Assembly (NCBI RefSeq): GCF_000008465.1
Contig: NC_006512.1
Span: 2,370,001 to 2,402,000, forward strand
Length of the DNA: 32,000 nucleotides
Source: Idiomarina loihiensis L2TR
GTDB taxonomy: Bacteria > Pseudomonadota > Gammaproteobacteria > Enterobacterales > Alteromonadaceae
Direction of reading: 5' to 3'
Position 1 is the first letter of the stretch. Each line of letters starts with the position of its first letter. Made by a program: the position numbers and the translations under genes. Shown in pieces: positions 1 through 8,371 of this stretch. The notes beneath the pieces were generated by a model, which saw only the letters and a program-made list of their open reading frames with translations, was not told the origin of the DNA and did no database searches.

Positions 1-130
1 CAGGTGACGTGACATATGCCCACTATTCCTTAATTTTAATGAAATCGTTTAATACTGGTTGCATAATGTAACCGATCACTCTGTTTTTTTCTACTTCTGG
101 ACGTCTAAAAGTCCGAATAAGGCTGACGAC

Positions 131-862
131 ATGCGAGTACCGCGGATTTATCACCCCGCCTCTATAAGCTTACAAAATGAAACCGAATTGAGTGCGGATG
201 CTTTCCAGCACCTGATCAAAGTATTGCGTTTGAACGTAGGTGATAGCATTGTTTTATTTAACGGTGACGGCCAGAACTACGAGGCGAAAATTACCTCAGT
301 GCAAAAAAAGTCAGCGCAGTTTGTTGCAACCAGCAGTCAGGCTAACGCATCTGAGTCACCGGTCAATATTCATTTGGCGCAAGTTGTTTCACGCGGCGAC
401 CGCATGGACTTTGTACTGCAAAAGTCGGTAGAGCTGGGAGTAACCGAAATTACCCCGCTGTTCAGTGAGCGCTGTGGTGTGAAATTAAGTGGCGACAGGC
501 TGGAAAAGAAACAACTGCAATGGCAGAAAATTGTCCATTCTGCCTGCGAGCAATGTGGCCGTAGCGTGGTTCCACAAGTGAAGCCAGCACAGCAACTCAC
601 TGATTTTATTGCAAGCAGCTTTGAAGGGTTGCGCCTGACCTTAGACCCAACCGCCACCCAGCCGTTGTCGTCATTTCAGCAGGCCGAGAAGGGAATACAA
701 TTATTGATTGGTCCTGAGGGCGGGTTCACTGATACTGAAGTCAGTGCCGCCGGACAGCTGGGGTTTAAACCCATGCGTTTAGGACCAAGAATATTAAGAA
801 CAGAAACCGCCGCGCTTTCAGCGCTAACCGCCGTGCAGTATCAGTTTGGCGACTTAAGCTAA
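131..862 (+). CDS. rsmE: 16S rRNA (uracil1498-N3)-methyltransferase RsmE
   Basis: The ORF spans 59..862. The conserved RsmE N-terminus MRVPRIYHP starts at ATG 131, with AAGG 8 nt upstream. The C-terminal LIGPEGGF and LGPRILRTETA motifs are present. It lies directly upstream of gshB, as in E. coli. The 59..130 extension begins with TTG and is probably not translated. Confidence 0.9.
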   Translation: MRVPRIYHPASISLQNETELSADAFQHLIKVLRLNVGDSIVLFNGDGQNYEAKITSVQKKSAQFVATSSQANASESPVNIHLAQVVSRGDRMDFVLQKSVELGVTEITPLFSERCGVKLSGDRLEKKQLQWQKIVHSACEQCGRSVVPQVKPAQQLTDFIASSFEGLRLTLDPTATQPLSSFQQAEKGIQLLIGPEGGFTDTEVSAAGQLGFKPMRLGPRILRTETAALSALTAVQYQFGDLS

Positions 863-872
863 AGGAGTTTAC

Positions 873-1817
873 ATGAAGAAGTTAGCTATGGTGATGGACC
901 CTATCGCCACCGTTAAAACCGAAAAAGACACCAGTTTTCGTTTATTGCTGGAAGCTCAGGCGCGTGGTTATCAGTGTTTTTATCTGGAAATGGGCGACTT
1001 AGTCATTGATAACGGCCAGCCAATGGCCTTTGCGCGGGAAGTTCGTGTTCAAGATCAAAAGACAGACTTTTACAGCTTAAGCGACAATGAATACCGCCCG
1101 CTGGAGGATTTTGACGTCATTATGATGCGTAAAGATCCGCCTTTTGACAGCGAGTTTTTATACGCCACACAAATTCTGGAACTGGCCGAACAGCGCGGTA
1201 GCCTGGTGGTGAATAAACCGCAAAGCCTGCGCGACTGTAACGAAAAGCTTTTTACTTCGTGGTTCGCAGACTCTATTGCCGACACGCTAGTGAGTTCCAG
1301 AGCGGATGTCATTAAAGCTTTCCATAAAAAACACGGTGAAGTGATTTTAAAGCCGCTGGACGGTATGGGCGGCGCTTCAATTTTTAAAGTGGGCGCCGAT
1401 GGTAGTAACTTAGGCGTTATTATTGAAACTCTGACCGAAAAAGGTCAGCGCTACGCCATGGTGCAAAAGTACTTGCCAGAAATTAAAGACGGCGACAAAC
1501 GTATTTTAATTATTGATGGTGAGCCTGTGCCTTATTCTTTAGCCCGTATTCCCAGTGCCGGAGAAACTCGCGGAAACCTTGCCGCTGGTGGCAGCGGCCG
1601 CGCCCAGCCTTTATCGGACAGTGACTGGGCTCTGGCTCGTAAAGTGGCACCAGAACTGAAAAAGCGTGGGCTCATTATTGTTGGACTGGACGTTATTGGC
1701 GACCGCATTACAGAAATTAATGTGACCAGCCCGACTTGCATGCGCGAAATTGAAAACGCCTACGACATCAATATTGCTGAATTGGTCTTTAAGGCAATAG
1801 AAGAAAAGTTGAATTGA
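873..1817 (+). CDS. gshB: Glutathione synthetase
   Basis: The 314 aa product is collinear with E. coli GshB (MRKDPPFD, NKPQSLRDCNEKLFT, LKPLDGMGGASIF, GETRGNLAAGG, EINVTSPTC). A strong AAGGAG RBS lies 5 nt upstream of the ATG. Confidence 0.96.
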   Translation: MKKLAMVMDPIATVKTEKDTSFRLLLEAQARGYQCFYLEMGDLVIDNGQPMAFAREVRVQDQKTDFYSLSDNEYRPLEDFDVIMMRKDPPFDSEFLYATQILELAEQRGSLVVNKPQSLRDCNEKLFTSWFADSIADTLVSSRADVIKAFHKKHGEVILKPLDGMGGASIFKVGADGSNLGVIIETLTEKGQRYAMVQKYLPEIKDGDKRILIIDGEPVPYSLARIPSAGETRGNLAAGGSGRAQPLSDSDWALARKVAPELKKRGLIIVGLDVIGDRITEINVTSPTCMREIENAYDINIAELVFKAIEEKLN

Positions 1818-1825
1818 AATTCAAC
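1808..1825. repeat. Perfect 8 bp palindrome spanning the gshB stop codon
   Basis: The sequence is GTTGAATT-GA-AATTCAAC, and the gshB TGA is at 1815-1817. No U-tract follows, so it is not a canonical terminator. Confidence 0.5.
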
Positions 1826-1877
1826 TATGCGCCCCCATGTTGTAAGTAGAGATTATCGTTAAGGAGTCGGTGAATCG

Positions 1878-2435
1878 ATGAACAGTTTGCAGAACCATTT
1901 ATTGATAGCAACACCTATGCTGAACGATCCAATGTTTAAACGGACCGTGACCTACATCTGCGAGCACAATGAAGAAGGCGCTATGGGCTTAGTTATTAAT
2001 CAGCCTGCCGATTTAAGCGTAACCTCGCTGCTGGATAAACTGGAAATTGTTTACCCGGAAAATAACCAGCACTTGCAGGGCAGCGTTTATCAGGGCGGGC
2101 CTGTAGGCCGTGAGCGTGGCTTTGTGATCCACCCTCCGCAGGACAATTGGCGCGCCAGTCAGAAGATGAGTGACGATATTATGGTGACCACCTCGCGCGA
2201 TATTCTGGAAGCTCTTGGATCATCTGCTGCGCCACCACAGTTTCTTCTGACGTTAGGTTACGCAGGCTGGGAAGCCGGACAACTGGAAGAGGAGCTAGGG
2301 GAAAATTCCTGGCTGGCAATTCCGGCAGACCCGGAATTGCTGTTCAATACACCACCCTCCGAGCGTTGGCAAAAAGCCACCGAGCAACTGGGGTTTGACG
2401 TGTGGCAACTGGGGCCGGATGTAGGACACGCATGA
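1878..2435 (+). CDS. yqgE: YqgE/AlgH family protein (UPF0301)
   Basis: The 185 aa product matches E. coli YqgE over its full length ([27 protein letters not shown]....RGF..H, LGYAGWE.GQLE.E). It occupies the conserved gshB-yqgE-ruvX position. Confidence 0.9.
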
Positions 2436-2866
2436 GCACAGTAATAGGCTTTGATTTTGGCACCAAAAGTATTGGCGTTGCGGTGGGCCAGACTATAACA
2501 GCAACTGCATCGCCTTTAGCAGCCATTACGGCCAAAGAAGGCATTCCCGACTGGCAACTGATTGAAAAGCTGTTTGCCGAATGGCAACCCGAACAGTTGG
2601 TAGTGGGCTTGCCCTTAAATATGGATGGCACCGAACAGCCACTAACCCAAAAGGCCAAAAAGTTTGGTAACCGCTTACATGGGCGCTTCGGTTTACCGGT
2701 AGCATTTCAGGACGAACGCCTGACTTCGACCTCGGCACGAGAAAGCCTGTTTGCTGAAGGTGGCTTTCGTAAACTGAAAAAAGGTGCGGTTGATAGTCAG
2801 GCTGCATTAATTATTGTTGAAGATTTTATGAACGGTTATTTGCCAAAAAGCGATAATTCGTTATAG
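2432..2866 (+). CDS. ruvX: Putative pre-16S rRNA nuclease / Holliday junction resolvase-like RuvX (YqgF)
   Basis: The conserved N-terminus [19 protein letters not shown] begins at ATG 2432, which overlaps the yqgE stop as ATGA (2432-2435). The ORF-track start at 2402 (GTG) adds a non-conserved 10 aa extension. Confidence 0.9.
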
Positions 2867-2903
2867 TGTCGTCAGTAATAAGTTAAAGCGATAGGAGCTG
2901 GCC

Positions 2904-3194
2904 TTGTTTGGTAATGAAGAACCCTATTCAGTAACAGGTAACACCATTTTACTGAAAGACGAAAATAAAAAACTACTTTTAGTTACTGGTCCTCGTTACC
3001 AAAACATATTGGTTTCGCGCGGCTCTGTAGAATTAACGGACATGCCGGCTGAGCGACGCCCGGGTTTCCGGATTGTGACTCTGCAGGAAGTCTTTAAAAA
3101 AGACAAAACCTACTTTTTTGTTCGTGCCGGTGGCGTCGAGTATCAAGTTGACCTTAAATTTGAAGACAGCCCTATTACAGAAATGAAGTTCTAG
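2904..3194 (+). CDS. Hypothetical small protein (96 aa), no signal peptide, no family recognised
   Basis: The ORF has a TTG start preceded by AGGAG with 6 nt spacing (gatAGGAGctggccTTG). It fills the ruvX-downstream gap on the same strand as its neighbours, and the next ORF begins 21 nt after it. I recognise no motif. Confidence 0.55.
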   Translation: MFGNEEPYSVTGNTILLKDENKKLLLVTGPRYQNILVSRGSVELTDMPAERRPGFRIVTLQEVFKKDKTYFFVRAGGVEYQVDLKFEDSPITEMKF

Positions 3195-3215
3195 AAATTA
3201 ACGGGAGTAGCCAGA

Positions 3216-4175
3216 ATGACACATAAACTCTGTGCTGTTGTCTGGTTACTCTTTGTCATCCCCTCTGCCGCGTACAGCCAAAACTTCTTCCAGCTTAACG
3301 AAACCGAAAACGATCAACTCGCTTTTTCTTACCAGTGGCGTGATTTCAATGATCGCCAACAGTCATTCAGTTTCCAGGTCGATAAAAAAGAGTTCCTACA
3401 GCCGCTGAAGCGTTATCGCGGGTTTAACCGGGAACGCAGTCAACGCGAACTGGCACATCAACTCAACCGTTACATTAAGCAACAACAGTGGCAAGGCATT
3501 CAGGCTCGTTTAACCCCGCGCCAGCAGTCCGTTGAGTTGGTTACGGCTAACGCCAGAACAGCACAAAAACAGCAACAACTTAACGACTACAAAAAGCGCT
3601 TACGTGACTATTACCATGAGCGCTGGGACGATTATCTTAATGCAAACTTCTACCGCCAGTTGAGTTTGCCTCCGGGTGAGCAGGGTATTATCCCTGATCA
3701 TCCGGCTATAGCCAGTGAGGTAACTCCAACGCTGAAGCCGTTAATAAAAGCTATTGGTGAGCAGTTAGGTACGAATACACAACGTAATTACATCAACTAT
3801 GTTGCCAGCTTTATTCAGCAAATACCGTACAACGATTTAAACAGCAAACTGGATAGCCGGGGCGATGGCTTTGTCCCTCCGAATCAATTGCTTTATTACA
3901 ATCAGGGGGACTGCGACAGCAAAGTCACCTTAATGACATCGGTGATAAAGCAAATTATCGAAACGCCCAAAATGGCCATTATTTATTTGCCTGAGCACGC
4001 AGTTTTTGGCATTGCCATTAGTCGGCAGCCCGGAGACACCACCGTTAAACACAAAGGCAATAATTACGTGCTGGTAGACGTAACTGGCCCCGCGGCAATG
4101 CCGATGGGCCAGGTTGGTGAAGAGACTAAATTTCAGGTAAAAACTCAGCAATACACGGTGGTGCCGCTAAACTAA
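3216..4175 (+). CDS. Secreted hypothetical protein (319 aa) with a Gln/Arg-rich helical middle and a C-terminal Cys-His-Asp (transglutaminase/papain-like) region
   Basis: A GGGAG RBS lies 8 nt upstream. The N-terminal signal peptide is MTHKLCAVVWLLFVIPSAAYS|Q. The C-terminal pattern is FIQQIPYND...NQGDC(233)DSKVTLMTSVI...LPEH(261)AVFGIAI...YVLVD(288)VTGP, which resembles the transglutaminase-like cysteine peptidase core (Cys at a helix N-terminus, then His and Asp on following strands). Confidence 0.75.
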   Translation: MTHKLCAVVWLLFVIPSAAYSQNFFQLNETENDQLAFSYQWRDFNDRQQSFSFQVDKKEFLQPLKRYRGFNRERSQRELAHQLNRYIKQQQWQGIQARLTPRQQSVELVTANARTAQKQQQLNDYKKRLRDYYHERWDDYLNANFYRQLSLPPGEQGIIPDHPAIASEVTPTLKPLIKAIGEQLGTNTQRNYINYVASFIQQIPYNDLNSKLDSRGDGFVPPNQLLYYNQGDCDSKVTLMTSVIKQIIETPKMAIIYLPEHAVFGIAISRQPGDTTVKHKGNNYVLVDVTGPAAMPMGQVGEETKFQVKTQQYTVVPLN

Positions 4176-5579
4176 TTACAGATGCTCTTCCGCAAATTTA
4201 GCCAGAGGACTACGCACCACTCCGTTTAAATTGATGGTTGCGCTACCCGGATAGTCTTTAAACCGCTCAACGATGTAAGTCAGCCCCGAGGTTACGGCAG
4301 TTAAATAGTAACTATCAATTTGTGCCAGGTTACCCGACACCACTAATTTAGTGTTCTCGCCACAGCGGGTAATAAGCGTTTTTAGCTGAGACGCGGTTAA
4401 ATTCTGAGCTTCATCCAGAATGACAATAGCGTTCTGTATGCTGCGCCCGCGCATAAAGTTCAGTGACTTAAACTGAATATTGGCCTTTTTCATAATGTAA
4501 TTGAGGCTCGACTCCATGCTTTCATCCTGCTTATGCAGGGCTTCCAGCGAATCGGTTATGGCCGACAGCCAGGGTGCCATTTTTTCTTCTTCGGTACCGG
4601 GCAAGTAACCAATAGACTCGGCAATTTCAGGCGTATTGCGGGTAACGATAATTTTTTCATAAATACCCTGCTCCACCACCATTTGCAATGCCGCTGAAAG
4701 GGCGAGAAACGTTTTACCACTACCGGCCGGGCCGGTGAGAGTCACCATATCCATACTGGTATCCAGTAAAGCGTGCAATGCCATAGCCTGATAAATATTC
4801 TTCGGGTGAACACCCCAGGCTCCATAAGACATCATCCTTTCTACGCTTAAATCCATCAGCGTTACAGTTTCGCTGTCGTATTCTTCCACCCGCGCCGCAA
4901 AATTATTGGTTGAGTCAATAATGTATTCATTAGCAAAAACCTGAGGCAGCAATTCGCGACTCACCGTGTGGTAAGCATCGCGGCCTTCCTGCTGCGTTTG
5001 GACTTCACCCACCTGCGACCAGAAGTCACCTTCAAACTTATAAAACCCTTTGGTCAGCAAGCGAATGTCGTCAATAAGCTGGTCGGTGCGATAATCATCA
5101 ACGTACTTCATACCTGCGCCTTTGGCTTTCAGGCGCATATTGATGTCTTTGGTAACCAGCACCACGCCAGCCGGCGAGCGCTCCCGTTGAATTTCCAGTG
5201 CCGCCTGAATAATGCGGTGGTCGTTCTCTGCCAGCGACAACACTGACTCGGTCTGCTCCAGCTGATAGTCGGGAAAAATGGCCAGGGTTCCGTTCGCCGT
5301 ATGCTCGCCTTGCACCCTGTTTAACGGAACACCAGCAACAATTTCTTCCGGTGTGGCCTCTTTCAAAACCTCCTCGAGCGAGCGAATGGCGACCCGTGCT
5401 TCGCGGCTCACATCTCTATTGCGATCTTTTATATTGTCGAGCTCTTCCAGAACCACCATGGGGATAACCACGTTGTGTTCATCGAAGTTGAGAAAAGCGA
5501 GAGGGTCGTGCAGAAGAATGTTGGTATCCAGGATAAAGAACTTGCCAGCGTTTGTTGTCATTAGCGCGTACCTTTGCAT
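4176..5579 (-). CDS. PIN-domain / PhoH-like ATPase fusion protein (YlaK-type)
   Basis: The N-terminal PIN signature is FILDTNILLHDP...VLEELD...VTKDINMRLKA. The C-terminal PhoH-type P-loop NTPase has Walker A GPAGSGKT and Walker B VILDEAQN. The start may instead be the second ATG at 5561 (MTTNAGKFFILDTN). Its stop abuts the stop of the convergent 3216..4175 gene. Confidence 0.86.
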   Translation of the reverse strand: MQRYALMTTNAGKFFILDTNILLHDPLAFLNFDEHNVVIPMVVLEELDNIKDRNRDVSREARVAIRSLEEVLKEATPEEIVAGVPLNRVQGEHTANGTLAIFPDYQLEQTESVLSLAENDHRIIQAALEIQRERSPAGVVLVTKDINMRLKAKGAGMKYVDDYRTDQLIDDIRLLTKGFYKFEGDFWSQVGEVQTQQEGRDAYHTVSRELLPQVFANEYIIDSTNNFAARVEEYDSETVTLMDLSVERMMSYGAWGVHPKNIYQAMALHALLDTSMDMVTLTGPAGSGKTFLALSAALQMVVEQGIYEKIIVTRNTPEIAESIGYLPGTEEEKMAPWLSAITDSLEALHKQDESMESSLNYIMKKANIQFKSLNFMRGRSIQNAIVILDEAQNLTASQLKTLITRCGENTKLVVSGNLAQIDSYYLTAVTSGLTYIVERFKDYPGSATINLNGVVRSPLAKFAEEHL

Positions 5580-5710
5580 GTGATTATTCTTTTCTTACAG
5601 CTTAGCCTAAAATTCGTGACACAACGGTTACAGAAATAAATTTTTCCTCGGAATTGGCGAGCGAATTAAGTACCATTGCGGCCTTGGTAAATGGCGCGCG
5701 GGAGTGTGTA

Positions 5711-8371
5711 GTGAGCGAGTTTAGAGTTGGACAGCGTTACCTTAGTGAAACTGAAACCGAATTAGGGCTAGGCATGATCACCCAGGCCGAAGGGCGTCAC
5801 TTAACCGTGATGTTCCCCGCAACCGGTGAAGTGCGACTGTATTCAGCTCAGGAAGCCCCTCTGGCCCGTTATCAACTGCAAGTACAGCAACAGGGCAAAC
5901 ACGCCGATGGCTGGAGCTTCACAATTCAGGAACTGACAGAATCGCAGGGTATTGTGACCTACCATGGTTTACGCGATGACAACCAGGAGTCAGTTGTGGT
6001 TCCGGAAACTCAGTTATCACATCAGGTGGACAGTAATCCGGCATTAACCCGTTTACTGGCCGGCCAGGCTGACCGCCTGGATATGTATCAGCTGCGCTGC
6101 GAAGCCAGTGAACACCTGGCGCATCATCAGGCCAGTGAGGTTGCCGGTTTATTAGGTGTTCGTACCCATTTGCTGCCGCACCAGTTGTATATTGCCAAAA
6201 CCGTTGCCGACCGTTACCACCCGCGAGTGCTTTTAGCCGATGAAGTGGGCTTAGGAAAAACCATTGAAGCCGGCATGATCATCAAGCGCCGCCTGAATAC
6301 CGGCCGCTCGCAGCGGGTCTTAATTGTGGTACCGGAATCTTTAATGCATCAGTGGCTGGTTGAGTTACGCCGCCGCTTTGCGCTGAACTTTACTCTGTTT
6401 GATGATGAGCGTTGCGAGCAGGCGGAAGCCGACAGTGAAAATCCGTTTTTAACTGAACAGCACATTATTATCAGTAGCCGCTTTATGCACGAGTCGCGCT
6501 GGAGTGAGTCATTACTGAAAGCTGAGTTCGACTTATTAGTTATCGATGAAGCCCACCATTTACAGCCCGAAGCGCCGGAATTTAGCGCGGTTAAAAACCT
6601 TTGTGAAGCAGTGCCCGGCTTGTTGCTGTTAACGGCGACCCCTGAACAAGAAGGTGCAGAAGGTCATTTCCAGCGACTGCAGTTACTGGACCCTGACAGG
6701 TTCTCCGACTTTGCCAGTTTCCAGCAAGAGCAAACACAGTATAAAGAATTAGCAGAACAGGCCGAGTCTGTTACTGACCCTGCAGAGCTTGATGACCTGC
6801 TGGATAAACATGGTACCGGCCGCGTTATGTTCCGTAATCGCCGGGCCGATATTGGCGGTTTTCCTGAACGCCATTTTCATCCGGTAGAGCTGGATGAGTG
6901 CGAACCCGATGAAGACATGCCCTGGTGGATGGAAGATCCGCGCATTGACTGGTTATTGAATCACATTAAACAGAACCGCTCGGAAAAAGCACTGCTGATA
7001 TGCAAAACGGCAGAGCAGGTGCTGGATTTATCCGAAGCCCTGCGGGTATTGGCTGGTGTGCAGGCGGCAACCTTCCATGAAGGCATGACGCTGACCGAAC
7101 GAGACCGTTCTGCCGCCTTTTTTGCCAGCGAAGAAGACGGTAGCCCTATTCTGCTGTGCTCAGAAATTGGCAGCGAAGGCCGCAATTTTCAGTTTGTACA
7201 CCAACTTATTTTATTCGACTTGCCGAGCAACCCTGACTTGCTGGAGCAACGCATTGGCCGCTTAGACCGCATTGGTCAGCAGCAGAATATTGATATTTAT
7301 CTGCCTTACTGCAAAGGTTCAGCGGAGGCCATATTGTTGCCCTGGTACGAGCAGGGTATGAACGCCTTCTCTCAGTGTAATGCGATAGGCCGTAAACTGT
7401 ACGATGCTTTTGGCACGGACATTGAGCAGGCTGTTGCTGAGCAAGAGCCACTCAGTGACGAGTTGCTGAAGCAGACGAAAGAACTGCATGAAACCTGGCT
7501 GGAGCGTAACCGTGAAGGGCAGGATAAGTTGCAGGCACTAAACGCCTGTCGTCCTGAAACCGCTGAAAAAATCATAGAGCAAATTCATAGCGACAGCGAT
7601 ACCGACACCCTGGCCGACTTTATGATTGCCTTCTTTGATCGCTTTGGTGTGAATAACGAAGTTCTGGATGAAGAGCGCTGGTTTATTCGTCCGGGCGAGC
7701 ATATGCGCGTCGGCAGCCTGCCGGGACTGCCGGATGACGGCATCACCATAACCTTTGACAGAGTCACCGCGCTGAACTTTGAAGATACTGACTTTTTAAG
7801 TTGGGATCACCCTATGGTGCAGGCGGCGCTTGAACTGCTGACTGCGGATGACTTTGGCAGCACCTGCGTTGCAGAGCTGAAAAACCCGGCAATTCCGGCC
7901 GGCACCTGGTTCCTGGAACTGGACTTCGCCAGCATAGTACCGGCACCTAAAGCCGCAGCATTGCAGGAGTTCTGCCCATTACAAAGTTTACGCCTGCTGT
8001 TTAATGGTCAGGGACAAGAGCTGTCCGCTAAAGTGTCACGCGAGCTGCTGGACCAACAATCCAGCTTTATTGATAAGAAAACCGCACGACAGATATTGCG
8101 TCAGTTACGCGACCCGGCGCAAAAAATTATTCAGTCCGGCCAGCAACAGGCTCGTGAGTGGCAGCAAAAGCAACTGGATAAGGTAAAGCAAAATGCGCTG
8201 GACGCACTGCAACACGAGCGCACACGACTGCTTGAATTACGGAAGAAAAACCCGTCGGTACGCAGCAGTGAAATAGAAGCGATAAATTGGCGCGAAGAGC
8301 AAATTACGGCGGCGCTGGAAAGCCCGCAATTATCGCTTCAGGCCGTGCGTATTCTGGTGAATAACCATTAA
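5711..8371 (+). CDS. rapA: RNA polymerase-associated SWI2/SNF2 ATPase RapA (HepA)
   Basis: The product is collinear with E. coli RapA (LGQR..S.TE.ELGLG, LLPHQL.IA, RVLLADEVGLGKTIEAGMI, DLLV.DEAHHL, LLLTATPEQ.G, LLCSEIGSEGRNFQF, FDLP.NPDLLEQRIGRLDRIGQ, DGITITFDR). By alignment the start is GTG 5711, preceded by GGAG with 6 nt spacing. The ORF-track start at 5654 is TTG and adds 19 non-conserved aa. Confidence 0.93.
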   Translation: MSEFRVGQRYLSETETELGLGMITQAEGRHLTVMFPATGEVRLYSAQEAPLARYQLQVQQQGKHADGWSFTIQELTESQGIVTYHGLRDDNQESVVVPETQLSHQVDSNPALTRLLAGQADRLDMYQLRCEASEHLAHHQASEVAGLLGVRTHLLPHQLYIAKTVADRYHPRVLLADEVGLGKTIEAGMIIKRRLNTGRSQRVLIVVPESLMHQWLVELRRRFALNFTLFDDERCEQAEADSENPFLTEQHIIISSRFMHESRWSESLLKAEFDLLVIDEAHHLQPEAPEFSAVKNLCEAVPGLLLLTATPEQEGAEGHFQRLQLLDPDRFSDFASFQQEQTQYKELAEQAESVTDPAELDDLLDKHGTGRVMFRNRRADIGGFPERHFHPVELDECEPDEDMPWWMEDPRIDWLLNHIKQNRSEKALLICKTAEQVLDLSEALRVLAGVQAATFHEGMTLTERDRSAAFFASEEDGSPILLCSEIGSEGRNFQFVHQLILFDLPSNPDLLEQRIGRLDRIGQQQNIDIYLPYCKGSAEAILLPWYEQGMNAFSQCNAIGRKLYDAFGTDIEQAVAEQEPLSDELLKQTKELHETWLERNREGQDKLQALNACRPETAEKIIEQIHSDSDTDTLADFMIAFFDRFGVNNEVLDEERWFIRPGEHMRVGSLPGLPDDGITITFDRVTALNFEDTDFLSWDHPMVQAALELLTADDFGSTCVAELKNPAIPAGTWFLELDFASIVPAPKAAALQEFCPLQSLRLLFNGQGQELSAKVSRELLDQQSSFIDKKTARQILRQLRDPAQKIIQSGQQQAREWQQKQLDKVKQNALDALQHERTRLLELRKKNPSVRSSEIEAINWREEQITAALESPQLSLQAVRILVNNH

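Noticed and set aside
1-15. A possible start of a minus-strand gene leaving the window (CAT at 13-15, giving ATG TCA CGT CAC CTG on the minus strand).
   Set aside because: Only five codons are visible, so there is no way to support a gene call.
59-130. The ORF track gives longer N-terminal extensions for rsmE (59), ruvX (2402), rapA (5654), surA (14818), tyrS (22503) and the M23 peptidase (22644).
   Set aside because: The conserved N-termini known from E. coli or Pseudomonas orthologues begin at internal starts (131, 2432, 5711, 14830, 22491, 22704). These have better RBS spacing, and the extensions use TTG or GTG and are non-conserved. Exact starts for amgK, the M23 peptidase and PIN-PhoH remain uncertain.
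370-657. Many ORF-track entries lie antisense to, or out of frame within, well-supported genes. Examples are 240..431+, 370..657-, 1070..1312-, 2344..2658-, 4968..5246+, 5278..5583+, 6961..7185-, 8584..8916-, 9112..9402-, 11040..11279-, 13742..14047-, 15705..16019-, 16109..16399-, 20659..20967-, 20930..21280+, 26743..27120+, 28369..28674- and 31083..31441-.
   Set aside because: Each is fully or largely contained in a CDS whose product aligns end to end with a well-known protein family. None has a recognisable RBS or motif, and their compositions (Ser/Arg/Cys-rich) are typical of shadow frames.
3054-3134. A PilZ-like c-di-GMP motif (ERRPGFR resembles RRxxxR) and a downstream RAGG in the 96 aa protein. 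I also noted a loose resemblance of RPGF and RAGG to chagasin-type cysteine-protease inhibitor motifs (RPW, GxGG).
   Set aside because: The second PilZ motif [DN]xSxxG is not present (FVRAGG). The spacing is too short, and only about 40 residues follow the Arg motif, which is too few for a PilZ barrel. For chagasin the motif order (NPTTG, then GxGG, then RPW) is not reproduced. Both resemblances are treated as coincidence.
4176-5579. The PIN-domain protein as a VapC-like toxin of a toxin-antitoxin module.
   Set aside because: No small upstream antitoxin ORF is present. The PIN domain is fused to a full PhoH ATPase (467 aa), which is the conserved housekeeping-type YlaK architecture rather than a TA toxin.
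5711-8371. The SNF2-family helicase as a possible component of a defence system (DISARM- or BREX-like contexts).
   Set aside because: It is collinear with E. coli RapA over its full length and keeps the rapA-rluA operon junction. No methyltransferase, nuclease or other defence partner genes are adjacent.
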